From Clostridiales bacterium UBA1770 (GTDB lineage Bacteria; Bacillota; Clostridia; Oscillospirales; CAG-272), in contig DCGU01000080.1 of the NCBI GenBank assembly GCA_002315325.1, positions 19,684 to 83,683 of the forward strand: a stretch of 64,000 nt of DNA. Reading direction: 5' to 3'. Every line of letters starts with the position of its first letter. The stretch's first letter is position 1. The notes below the pieces were generated by a model. It saw only the letters and a list, made by a program, of their open reading frames with translations, ran no database searches and was not told the origin of the DNA. Shown piece by piece: positions 36,679 through 45,465 of the stretch. Position numbers and translations under genes: made by a program.

Positions 36679-37374
36679 ATGGCTGAAATCAGAGTCAATC
36701 CCACGCGGATGGAACTGAAAAAAATACAGGGACGCTACGCAACGGCGCGCCGCGGCCATAAATTGCTCAAAGACAAGCGTGACGAGTTAATGAAGCAGTT
36801 TTTGGACGTTGTCCGTGAGGACAAGGATTTGCGCACCCGTGTGGAAGCGTCTCTTGCCGACGTCTATCGCAGTTTCAGCGTTGCGGCTGCCGTGACCGGA
36901 CCCAAGATGATGCAGGAAGCCTTGATTTGCCCCAAAAAAGAGGGTGCGATTAACGTTTCCTACGTCAATAAAATGAGCGTCATTTGCCCGGAGTTCCAAT
37001 TGGACGTTCGTGCCGAAGGCGGTGCCGACAGCTATAACTACGGTCTGGCATTTACCAGCGGCGAATTGGACGCGTCCCTTGCCCGCATGAACGACATGCT
37101 GGGGGATTTGGTTCGTCTGGCCGAGCTTGAAAAAACGGCACAGCTGCTGGCTGAAGAAATCGAGAAGACCCGCCGCCGCGTCAACGCCTTGGAATATATC
37201 ATGATGCCGCAGTATTTGGAAACCATCAAGAGTATCAAAATGAAACTCGACGAAAACGAGCGCGGCAATACGACGCGACTCATGAAGGTGAAAGATATGA
37301 TGGTTGCCAAACAAATGGAAGGCAAGGCGCAGCAGCAGGACGACGAGCCGGAGGAAGCCGTTGAAAACGGTTGA
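36679..37374 (+). CDS. ntpD: V-type ATPase central-stalk subunit D
   Basis: NPTRMELKKIQGRYATARRGHKLLKDKRDEL is the canonical subunit-D N-terminus. Confidence 0.9.
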   Translation: MAEIRVNPTRMELKKIQGRYATARRGHKLLKDKRDELMKQFLDVVREDKDLRTRVEASLADVYRSFSVAAAVTGPKMMQEALICPKKEGAINVSYVNKMSVICPEFQLDVRAEGGADSYNYGLAFTSGELDASLARMNDMLGDLVRLAELEKTAQLLAEEIEKTRRRVNALEYIMMPQYLETIKSIKMKLDENERGNTTRLMKVKDMMVAKQMEGKAQQQDDEPEEAVENG

Positions 37375-37437
37375 ATTTGAGCGCGGCGTTTGAACAGTCG
37401 GTATTATATACGCCATCCATATGGAGCATAAATTACA

Positions 37438-37480
37438 CAAAAAACAGGACGATGCGTCGTTTCGCATCGTCCTGTTTTTA
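37438..37480. terminator. Strong (bidirectional) intrinsic terminator ending the V-ATPase operon
   Basis: ACAGGACGAUGCG-6 nt-CGCAUCGUCCUGU (13 bp perfect), with an A-run upstream and UUUUUA downstream. Confidence 0.85.
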
Positions 37481-37605
37481 TGATTAAATGCAGTGGTAAA
37501 CGCTTATCGTTTACCCGTGTGACTCGGCTCGTTCATAAACACAAAACGTCGGACAGAAGGGAATAAGACGTCGGATATAAGACACCGGTGCCAAGCTCCC
37601 AATGA

Positions 37606-38436
37606 TTACTCTCTGTCACGCAAATACTCTTCCAACGTGATGCTGTACTCGGCAATATCGCAGGCAGCGTCACGGCCGACAAAGCGCCAGTGCCAGGATT
37701 CGTAGGCGTACCCCGTTACGTCTTCCCGGCCGTAAGGGTAACGCAGTATAAAGCCGAAACGGGCAGCGTTTTTTTGCAGCCAGCGATAGGCTTCCGTTTC
37801 CGCAAAACCGACGTCGTTTGTGAAATCACCTTCGCTCCCGTAGTTTTCCAATTCCTTCATACCGTCAACCCACAGGTCAACGCAAAGTCCCGTGTGATGT
37901 TCACTGGTCCCTGGCTGCGCGCTGTAGGTCAGTACCAATTCCTGCGCCTGTTCCCGTGTCCAACCGGGGTGGGCAGCCGTTTCGTTGGTAATATAGTATT
38001 CAAACAGCCAATTTTGATAGGTGTAAGAGCGGTACCCGGAAGTGACGCAGACGTTGTCGATGCCGTCGGCTTTCATCTCACGCAGCATGGCGCAAAGTGC
38101 CGCGGCAGCGGTGCCGTTCAAATCAATTTCTTTCCCGCCGTTGGTCATTGCCGTGTCGAGTGTCACAAGGTCAAGGGGGACGTAGTCGGCACCGATTTTG
38201 TTTTGCTTGTTGACAAGGATCAAGTACGCCTCGTCATTCGCGGCAATCGCAACGCGTTCTTCAGGCGTCAGTTGCGTCTTGTAGGTGAAAGTTCTCACGG
38301 TTACTTCTCCGTCGGTATCGGTTTGTGTCGCCGGCGTGTCAACGTCCGGCTCGGTGTGACAGGCACATAAACATAAGCAAAGTACAAACAGCAGGCACAC
38401 GAAAAAAACAGGGAAGAAGCGCTGTATTTTCTTCAT
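37606..38436 (-). CDS. VanY-like D-alanyl-D-alanine carboxypeptidase (peptidase M15B), secreted or lipid-anchored
   Basis: Signal/lipobox-like N-terminus MKKIQRFFPVFFVCLLFVLCLCLCAC, plus SGYRSY, SEHHTGLCVDL and ESWHWRF zinc/catalytic motifs. The ATG overlaps the upstream stop (ATGA). Confidence 0.8.
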   Translation of the reverse strand: MKKIQRFFPVFFVCLLFVLCLCLCACHTEPDVDTPATQTDTDGEVTVRTFTYKTQLTPEERVAIAANDEAYLILVNKQNKIGADYVPLDLVTLDTAMTNGGKEIDLNGTAAAALCAMLREMKADGIDNVCVTSGYRSYTYQNWLFEYYITNETAAHPGWTREQAQELVLTYSAQPGTSEHHTGLCVDLWVDGMKELENYGSEGDFTNDVGFAETEAYRWLQKNAARFGFILRYPYGREDVTGYAYESWHWRFVGRDAACDIAEYSITLEEYLRDRE

Positions 38437-38987
38437 GGTTTGGTCTCCACTACGATGAAATAGGGGGACGTGGGGGAGTTCAGAATCTGCACCTTGGTGC
38501 AGCAGATCTTGTAGCGGGAAACCGTGGACAAATAGTCGCAAATCATCTTGCCCTCGGCGTCACCTTCAGCGTGTCCCGGGTACACGGCGATGTTGACAAT
38601 GGCGTCCCTGTCCATCAATTCAATGGCGGCTTGAATGGCCGGCATCGTTGTTTCACGCAGCGTCGTGATGGACTTGTCGCCGCCCGGCAGCCATCCCAAA
38701 TTAAACATACCTGCCTTTACCGGTACGCGCACGTAGTCTTTGACAAGGTGATGCGATGCATGCACCAGCGTATAGTTCTCGGGGCATCCGACGTCCATCA
38801 AATGCTGCCTTGTTGACTCGACTGCCTGCGCCTGAATATCGAATGCATAGACGTGGCCGGTCTGTCCCACGGTCCTCGACAGGAACTCCGTGTCGTGCCC
38901 GTTGCCCATGGTGTAATCGACGGCAACGTCGCCCTCTTTCAAATGCGTCAAAATGAATTTTTTATGCAGGTCCAATAAATCGATCAT
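38433..38987 (-). CDS. mnmM: Class I SAM-dependent methyltransferase of the YtqB/MnmM family (tRNA mnm5s2U methyltransferase-like)
   Basis: VAVDYTMGNGHDTEFLS...HVYAFDIQ pattern of the YtqB-type 'putative rRNA methylase' family. The protein is 184 aa. Confidence 0.65.
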   Translation of the reverse strand: MIDLLDLHKKFILTHLKEGDVAVDYTMGNGHDTEFLSRTVGQTGHVYAFDIQAQAVESTRQHLMDVGCPENYTLVHASHHLVKDYVRVPVKAGMFNLGWLPGGDKSITTLRETTMPAIQAAIELMDRDAIVNIAVYPGHAEGDAEGKMICDYLSTVSRYKICCTKVQILNSPTSPYFIVVETKP

Positions 38988-39110
38988 AGGGGATTGCCTC
39001 CGTGTTGCATCGTCGAAAAATGAGTCATCCGACGGCTTTCTTTGTATTCATTATACCACCCGCATTCTTTTTTGTAAATTGCCAAATTCATCGGTGCAAC
39101 GTATTTCCCC

Positions 39111-39138
39111 TTGTTTTTTACCGCTTTTATGGTATAAT
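39111..39138 (+). promoter_or_regulatory. Candidate promoter with extended -10
   Basis: TTGTTT, a 16-nt spacer and TGgTATAAT (TATAAT at 39133-39138). Confidence 0.5.
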
Positions 39139-39183
39139 AATAGAATATAATGGCTGATTATGGGCAAAAAGGAGGAAAACGCT

Positions 39184-40494
39184 ATGGTTGAGATTACCGA
39201 CGTACTGCCGCACAGCATCGCGGCGCGTGCCGGCATCGTTGCGGGTGACGTACTGGTTTCACTGAACAATCACGAAATCAGCGACGTGTTGGATTACCGT
39301 TTTTATATGACGGAAAAAACGCTGGCTGTCAAAATACGCCGTGACGGCGCGGATTTCGACGTTTCGGTGCATAAGCAGGAATACGACGATTTGGGACTTG
39401 ACTTTGCCACACCGCTGATGGACAAAAAGCATTCCTGCGAAAACCGTTGCGTTTTCTGTTTTATCGATCAGCTGCCGGGCGGTATGCGGCAGTCGCTGTA
39501 TTTTAAAGACGACGATTCCCGCCTGTCTTTCCTGCACGGCAATTACGTGACGCTGACCAATATGACGCCGGCGGATATCGACAGAATTATTACCATGCAT
39601 TTGTCGCCCGTTAACGTGTCGGTGCATACCACCAACCCGGAACTCCGTGTCAAAATGATGCGCAATAAACACGCCGGAGAAGTGCTGTCCTATTTAAAGC
39701 GCCTCGCAGATGCGGGTATTACGATTTGCGGGCAGATTGTGCTGTGCCGCGGACTCAATGACGGCGCCGAACTGGACAGAACCATGCGCGACCTGACGGC
39801 GTATATGCCGGCACTGTCCAGTGTCTCCATTGTTCCCGTCGGCCTGACGAAATACCGCGACACGCTGTATCCCCTGGAACTCTTTACCAAAGAGGAATGT
39901 GCCGCCGTTATCAAACAGGTCAACGATTTCGGCGACGAATGTATGCAAAAATACGGCACGCGGCTGTTCTTCTGTGCCGACGAGTTTTACGTCAAGGCTG
40001 AATTGCCCCTGCCCGGTGAAGACTATTACGAGGACTATCCGCAAATTGAAAACGGCGTCGGTATGCTGACCTCGCTTGAAGTTGAGTTTGAGGATGCATT
40101 GTCGTGCGATTGCCCCGTGTCGGCAAGTCCACGAAAAGTGACGGTGGCAACCGGTGTCGCGTCTTCTGCGCTGATGGAGCGACTGGCCAAGCGCGCTATG
40201 GGAGTGATACCCGGCTTGCAGGTGGAAGTCGTCACCGTCATCAATCACTATTTCGGTGAAACCATTACGGTGTCCGGTCTTTTAACGGCCGCGGATTTGG
40301 CCGAGCAGCTCGCCGGCCGTGATCTCGGTGATGCGGTCCTTATTACGGCGCAGGCATTGCGCGCCGACCGCGACGTCTTTTTGGACGACCGTTCCCCCGC
40401 ATGGCTGTCGGAACAGCTCGGCGGTGTGCCGATTGTCCCTGTTGAAAACGCGGGTGCCGAGCTGCTGGATGCCTTTCTCGATATCGAAGGATAA
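39184..40494 (+). CDS. PDZ-domain radical-SAM protein with DUF512 C-terminal domain
   Basis: PDZ-like N-terminus (IAARAGIVAGDVLVSLNNHEI), a CxxxCxxC motif (CENRCVFC), and the usual clostridial position directly upstream of der. The ATG at 39184 follows AAGGAGG. Confidence 0.75.
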   Translation: MVEITDVLPHSIAARAGIVAGDVLVSLNNHEISDVLDYRFYMTEKTLAVKIRRDGADFDVSVHKQEYDDLGLDFATPLMDKKHSCENRCVFCFIDQLPGGMRQSLYFKDDDSRLSFLHGNYVTLTNMTPADIDRIITMHLSPVNVSVHTTNPELRVKMMRNKHAGEVLSYLKRLADAGITICGQIVLCRGLNDGAELDRTMRDLTAYMPALSSVSIVPVGLTKYRDTLYPLELFTKEECAAVIKQVNDFGDECMQKYGTRLFFCADEFYVKAELPLPGEDYYEDYPQIENGVGMLTSLEVEFEDALSCDCPVSASPRKVTVATGVASSALMERLAKRAMGVIPGLQVEVVTVINHYFGETITVSGLLTAADLAEQLAGRDLGDAVLITAQALRADRDVFLDDRSPAWLSEQLGGVPIVPVENAGAELLDAFLDIEG

Positions 40495-40515
40495 TGAAGT
40501 TAGGAGTTTTAACGT

Positions 40516-41844
40516 ATGAATAAACCGATTGCAGCCGTCGTCGGTCGCCCGAACGTCGGCAAAAGCACCTTGTTTAATAAAATTATCGGGGAGCGTCGTT
40601 CCATTGTGGAAGATACGCCCGGTGTGACGCGTGACCGTATTTATGCCGATACCTCGTGGAACGGCGTTGATTTTGAAATCATCGATACCGGCGGTATCGA
40701 ACCCAAAACCGATGATATGATTTTGGCGCAGATGAAACGGCAGGCGCAGCTTGCCATTGAAACGGCCGACGTTATCATTTTCGTTTGTGACGTGCATACG
40801 GGTCCCACGGCCGACGACCGCGATATCGCGGTTATGCTCAAAAAGAGCGGCAAATACGTGGTGCCCTGTATCAACAAATGCGACAAGGTGGGCGACCTGC
40901 CGCCTGAATTTTACGAATTCTATGAGCTCGGATTTGATGCCGATCCCGTGCCCGTTTCCTCGGTACACGGTACCGGTACGGGCGATTTGCTGGATGCGGT
41001 TGTCGCTGCTTTTCCCGCGTTGGAAAAGACCGAAGAAGAGGAAGACGTGATCAAGGTGGCCGTCATCGGCAAGCCCAATGCCGGTAAATCGTCTTTGGTC
41101 AACCGTTTCGTCGGCGCCGAGCGTCAAATCGTATCCCCGATTGCCGGCACCACGCGTGACGCCGTGGATACCTACGTCACGAACGAAACCGGCCGCTTCT
41201 GCTTTATTGATACGGCAGGTTTGCGCCGTCAGTCGCAGGTGAAAGATCCCATTGAAAAATACAGTGTTTTGCGCGCCCACATGGCCGTGGAACGCGCCGA
41301 CGTCTGCCTCGTTCTCATTGACGCCCAGGAGGGTATTACCGAGCAGGACGTCAAAATTGCCGGCATTGCGCACGATGCAGGCAAGGCCTCGATTATCGTT
41401 GTCAACAAATGGGATTTGATTGAAAAGGATAACTCGACGGTCAATACGTTTAATGAAAAAATCGCGACGGCACTGTCTTTTATGCCCTACGCGCCCGTGA
41501 TTTATATCTCCGCCAAAACGGGCCAGCGCGTGTCTTCCCTGTACGAACAGATTGATTACGTCTTCAACCAGTCGCGCACCCGCATTTCCACCGGTATGCT
41601 CAACGACGTACTGGCAGAAGCCACCATGCGTACCCAGCCGCCGACGGATAAGGGCAGACGCCTGAAGATTTACTACATGACGCAGACGTCTGTGGCACCG
41701 CCCACGTTCGTGTTGTTCTGCAACAGCATCGAGCTGTTCCATTTTTCCTACCAGCGCTATATTGAAAACTGCCTGCGGACGACCTTTGGCTTCCGCGGGA
41801 CACCGATTAAAATGATCATCAAAATGAAGGGCGAGGATAACTGA
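40516..41844 (+). CDS. der: Ribosome-associated GTPase Der (EngA), two tandem G domains plus KH-like domain
   Basis: VVGRPNVGKSTLFN and VIGKPNAGKSSLVN G1 motifs with DTGG/DTAG. Confidence 0.95.
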   Translation: MNKPIAAVVGRPNVGKSTLFNKIIGERRSIVEDTPGVTRDRIYADTSWNGVDFEIIDTGGIEPKTDDMILAQMKRQAQLAIETADVIIFVCDVHTGPTADDRDIAVMLKKSGKYVVPCINKCDKVGDLPPEFYEFYELGFDADPVPVSSVHGTGTGDLLDAVVAAFPALEKTEEEEDVIKVAVIGKPNAGKSSLVNRFVGAERQIVSPIAGTTRDAVDTYVTNETGRFCFIDTAGLRRQSQVKDPIEKYSVLRAHMAVERADVCLVLIDAQEGITEQDVKIAGIAHDAGKASIIVVNKWDLIEKDNSTVNTFNEKIATALSFMPYAPVIYISAKTGQRVSSLYEQIDYVFNQSRTRISTGMLNDVLAEATMRTQPPTDKGRRLKIYYMTQTSVAPPTFVLFCNSIELFHFSYQRYIENCLRTTFGFRGTPIKMIIKMKGEDN

Positions 41845-41898
41845 TCACCGACCACCGATTACCGATTACCGATTACCGGTCACCGATCACTGATTACC
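41843..41898 (+). repeat. Eight tandem heptamers GATYACC (GATCACC GACCACC GATTACC x3 GGTCACC GATCACT GATTACC)
   Basis: Read directly from the sequence. The array begins inside the der stop codon and ends about 20 nt before the SD of the next gene. Confidence 0.9.
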
Positions 41899-41935
41899 GC
41901 CCCCAATACCCCGTTTTGAAAGGAGGAACGTCGGT

Positions 41936-42658
41936 ATGCCGTTTACAAAAGACCGCCGTGCAGATGCGCGTGCATTTTGGACGTTGTTGGGACCGGCGAT
42001 TCTTCTGCTGGTGACGGCGGGAGCGCTGATTGCCCTGGCAATGCTCAAGACGCAGTATTATTCCGTTAAAATATTCCTGCTGGTCCTGTCTGCCTGTATC
42101 GTCACGTTTGCCGTGGTCATGATTGTGTTGTGGCGTCAGGTGACCGGCCGCAGTGCTGCTTTTTTAAAAAAATCCGGTGTGCCGGACCCGGGCGTCCATC
42201 ATAATATTTTCCTGTACAATCAGGAAAAGGACGTCGACGTTTCGGCGGATGAATTGACCGTGGACGACGTTGTCAAACGGATGACGGTCATCTTAACCTT
42301 TTTTGCCAAACGCAAAAAACTCAATATCGAGGCTGTTTTGGACACTTCTCCCCGTTCCAAAGTGCCGGCCGTGATGCGCCCGTTATTCGTTTGGGTTTTG
42401 TTGTACAATATTGCCGGTGCGGATAACGAACTGCAGTGGTCGTCTTTCCTTTCCTGCGGAAAGCCTATGGCCGACGCCGTTGCCGCGGTGATGGCGGGGG
42501 AAGATGAGGATTTGGTGCGCCGGCTGCAGCGGGGCGTGGCGCTGTATACCGAACAAAAGAAATACGACGCATTCCGCACCTACATGGTGGAGCATCGGGA
42601 CGCCATCGGCGAACGTATGCTGCAGTACGTGCGGGAGCATATCCGTGAATTTGATTGA
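41936..42658 (+). CDS. Hypothetical membrane protein (two N-terminal TM helices plus a ~150-aa soluble domain), no recognisable family
   Basis: A strong AAAGGAGG SD lies 8 nt upstream and codon usage is coherent. No motif was recognised. Confidence 0.6.
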   Translation: MPFTKDRRADARAFWTLLGPAILLLVTAGALIALAMLKTQYYSVKIFLLVLSACIVTFAVVMIVLWRQVTGRSAAFLKKSGVPDPGVHHNIFLYNQEKDVDVSADELTVDDVVKRMTVILTFFAKRKKLNIEAVLDTSPRSKVPAVMRPLFVWVLLYNIAGADNELQWSSFLSCGKPMADAVAAVMAGEDEDLVRRLQRGVALYTEQKKYDAFRTYMVEHRDAIGERMLQYVREHIREFD

Positions 42659-42679
42659 CCGCAAGGAGCGTGAAACTAT

Positions 42680-43963
42680 ATGATTTTCGTTGATGAAGCA
42701 AGAATAACCATCATCGCGGGGAACGGCGGCAACGGTGCCGTTTCGTTTCGCCGTGAAAAATACGTAGCTGCCGGCGGCCCGGACGGCGGTGACGGCGGAC
42801 ACGGCGGCAACGTTGTGTTCCGTGTGGATAAGGGGACAAACACGCTGCTGGCGTTCCGGTATAAACATAAGTTCCAGGCCGCGAACGGCGGGGACGGCAG
42901 CGGTGCCAAGTTCCACGGCGCCACGGCGGACGATTTGATTATCCCCGTGCCCGAGGGAACGCTGATTCGCGATGCGGCCAGCGGTAAACTCATTCACGAT
43001 ATGTCCGAAAACGACGGTGCCGATTTCATCGCCTGCCACGGCGGACGCGGCGGCTGGGGGAACCGTCATTTCTCCACGCCGACACGTCAGGTGCCGATGT
43101 TTGCCAAGAGCGGTACGCGCGGGGAAGAGCGTGAAGTGACGCTGGAACTCAAATTGATTGCCGACGTGGGCCTGATCGGTTTCCCCAGTGTGGGTAAATC
43201 CTCATTGCTTGCAAAAATCAGTGCGGCCAAGCCCAAGATTGCGGAATATCATTTCACAACGCTGACGCCCAACCTCGGCGTCGTCAGCACCGGTACGGGG
43301 CGCGGTTTCGTTGCCGCCGATATTCCCGGATTGATTGAAGGGGCTGCCGACGGTGCCGGTCTCGGTCACGATTTCCTGCGCCATATCGAGCGCTGCAGAT
43401 TGCTTTTGCACGTCGTGGATATCGCCTCCCTGGAGGAACGCGACCCGATTATGGATATCGACGCCATCAATACGGAGCTGTCCCGTTACAGTGAAAAACT
43501 GGCGGGACTCCCGCAGATTATCGTCGCCAATAAGGCCGATATGCTGGTACGTGAACTGACCGACCTGGAACCCTTTGAAACCTACGTGGCACAGAACGGC
43601 TGGCAGCTGGTTTACGTTTCCGCCGTGACCGGTGAGGGCATCAAAGAAATGATTAAAATGACCGATGCCGCATTGCAGCAGCTCCCGCCCGTTACGGTGT
43701 TTGAAACCGAGTGGACCGAGGAGGAACTGCCCGTTTCCGCCGGAAAAGAGACGACGATTCGCCGCGAGAACAATACCTTCTACGTGGAAGGCGAGTGGCT
43801 CTTCAATCTGATGGGCCGCGTCAACATGAACGATTATGAATCCATGAACTATTTCCAGCGCGTTTTGCAGACGTCCGGCGTGTTCACCATGCTGGAAGAA
43901 AAAGGCTGTAAAGACGGCGACACTGTTTCTATTTACGATTTCGAGTTTGACTTTGTGAAATAA
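42680..43963 (+). CDS. obg: GTPase Obg/CgtA
   Basis: MIFVDEARITIIAGNGGNGAVSFRREKY..GGPDGGDGGHGGNV glycine-rich Obg fold, a G domain GFPSVGKSSLL, and a C-terminal OCT/TGS-like domain. Confidence 0.95.
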   Translation: MIFVDEARITIIAGNGGNGAVSFRREKYVAAGGPDGGDGGHGGNVVFRVDKGTNTLLAFRYKHKFQAANGGDGSGAKFHGATADDLIIPVPEGTLIRDAASGKLIHDMSENDGADFIACHGGRGGWGNRHFSTPTRQVPMFAKSGTRGEEREVTLELKLIADVGLIGFPSVGKSSLLAKISAAKPKIAEYHFTTLTPNLGVVSTGTGRGFVAADIPGLIEGAADGAGLGHDFLRHIERCRLLLHVVDIASLEERDPIMDIDAINTELSRYSEKLAGLPQIIVANKADMLVRELTDLEPFETYVAQNGWQLVYVSAVTGEGIKEMIKMTDAALQQLPPVTVFETEWTEEELPVSAGKETTIRRENNTFYVEGEWLFNLMGRVNMNDYESMNYFQRVLQTSGVFTMLEEKGCKDGDTVSIYDFEFDFVK

Positions 43964-43976
43964 AAGAAGGATTATT

Positions 43977-44774
43977 ATGCTGACGAAGGAAAAACTGTTC
44001 TCCCAATTGGATGCTTTTGCCATTCCCGACCATACCGTCGTTATGGCACACACCTCATTGCATGCCGTGGGACCCATCGAGGGCAGGGCAGAGGGACTGA
44101 TTGCCATGCTGGAGGAATACTTCACTGCCAAGAACAGTTTGTTCTGCATTCCGACGCACACGTGGGACCGTTGCGGCGGTGACGTGATTGCGCTGGATAT
44201 GACGCAGCCGTACACCTGTATCGGCACGCTGCCGACGGTGGCGGCCCGCATTGCCAAGCACCGCACCGAGAATCCTTCGCATTCCATGGCGGTGTTCGGG
44301 CCTGAACCGGATGCTGCCGCATTTGCAGCACTGGACGATAATATCGCGTCGTGTACTTCCCCCGACAGTTGCCACGGTGAAATCTATAAACGGGACGGCT
44401 GGATTTTGCTCATCGGCGTCGGACACAACAAAAATACGTTTTTGCACTGCGTGGACGAAATGCTGCAGGTGCCCAACCGCATGACCGACGAACCTGTGGC
44501 GCTGCAGGTGAAACGGAAAGACGGTACAGTGGTAACGAAGCGCGGCCGTGAAATATTTGCCAAGGGGATTCCTGACGTGTCGGCCTATTTCCCCAAACTG
44601 GAGCCGGCGTTCCGGTATTACGGTGCCATTCGCGACGGCTTTATCGGTGACGCACCGACCATGCTGTGTTCAACGGCCAAAATGGTACAGGTTTGCAAAC
44701 TGGTTTACGGCCGCAGTGCCGGCACGGAACTTTTTGCCGACGCGAAGCCGCTTGCGGAAGAACTGTATAAATAA
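43977..44774 (+). CDS. AAC(3)-family aminoglycoside N3-acetyltransferase-like protein
   Basis: VVMAHTSLHAVGPIEGRAEGLI..., ...LIGVGHNKNTFLHCVDE and its size (265 aa) fit the Antibiotic_NAT fold. Confidence 0.7.
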   Translation: MLTKEKLFSQLDAFAIPDHTVVMAHTSLHAVGPIEGRAEGLIAMLEEYFTAKNSLFCIPTHTWDRCGGDVIALDMTQPYTCIGTLPTVAARIAKHRTENPSHSMAVFGPEPDAAAFAALDDNIASCTSPDSCHGEIYKRDGWILLIGVGHNKNTFLHCVDEMLQVPNRMTDEPVALQVKRKDGTVVTKRGREIFAKGIPDVSAYFPKLEPAFRYYGAIRDGFIGDAPTMLCSTAKMVQVCKLVYGRSAGTELFADAKPLAEELYK

Positions 44775-44787
44775 TTGTTTTACATAA

Positions 44788-44833
44788 CAAAATCGGGTAG
44801 GAAAGCGGCTGTGCTTCCTACCCGATTTTTTTC
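44788..44833. terminator. Bidirectional terminator between convergent genes
   Basis: AUCGGGUAGGAA-11 nt-UUCCUACCCGAU (12 bp perfect), flanked by an A-run and a U-run. Confidence 0.8.
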
Positions 44834-44841
44834 GGTGGGGT

Positions 44842-45441
44842 TTATTTTGTCTCAATATATTGTCCGGCGCAACGGCAATAATCAATGCCGGACCAAACGG
44901 TCATGACCAACGTGGCAACGGCGAAAATGCCGGTCAGGGGCATCACACGGACGAGTTTTTCCGCACCGCAAAGCTGCCATAAGGCCGGTTCAACCAATAC
45001 GGCGACGAGGCAAACCATTTGGCACACCGTTTTGATTTTGCCCGGCATGGCGGCCGCCATAACCTTGCCGCCTTTGGAGGCGACCAGCGAACGTACCGTG
45101 GCAACGGCCAATTCACGGAAGATGATGACCATCGTTAAAAATACGAACGAAAGGCGAAGCGTATCGATGCGGTATATGACGACGAGTAACGCGGCCATAA
45201 CTAAAAACTTATCGGCTAATGGGTCCATCAGTTTGCCGAAGTCGGTAATCAGGTTGTATTTGCGGGCTATTTTCCCGTCCAACGTATCCGTGACGGAAGC
45301 CGCAATGAAAATAGCAGCGGCAATCAGGGACGAACCTGCGGCGGAAATCACCGATTCGGGCAGCAAATAGACTGCCACAAAGAAGGGAATCAGCACCATG
45401 CGCAGCATGGTCAGCTTGTTGGGTAAATTCATTTTTGACAT
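44842..45441 (-). CDS. pgsA: CDP-diacylglycerol--glycerol-3-phosphate 3-phosphatidyltransferase
   Basis: NLPNKLTMLRM and the CDP-alcohol phosphatidyltransferase motif DTLDGKIARKYNLITDFGKLMDPLADK. Confidence 0.9.
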   Translation of the reverse strand: MSKMNLPNKLTMLRMVLIPFFVAVYLLPESVISAAGSSLIAAAIFIAASVTDTLDGKIARKYNLITDFGKLMDPLADKFLVMAALLVVIYRIDTLRLSFVFLTMVIIFRELAVATVRSLVASKGGKVMAAAMPGKIKTVCQMVCLVAVLVEPALWQLCGAEKLVRVMPLTGIFAVATLVMTVWSGIDYCRCAGQYIETK

Positions 45442-45465
45442 ACGTTTTCCTCTGTTATGTCTATG

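Noticed and set aside
37606-38987. Functional link between the VanY-like carboxypeptidase and the MnmM-like tRNA methyltransferase (ATGA start/stop overlap)
   Set aside because: The 4-nt overlap indicates translational coupling. However, the two families have unrelated, well-understood roles, so this is probably just operon packing.
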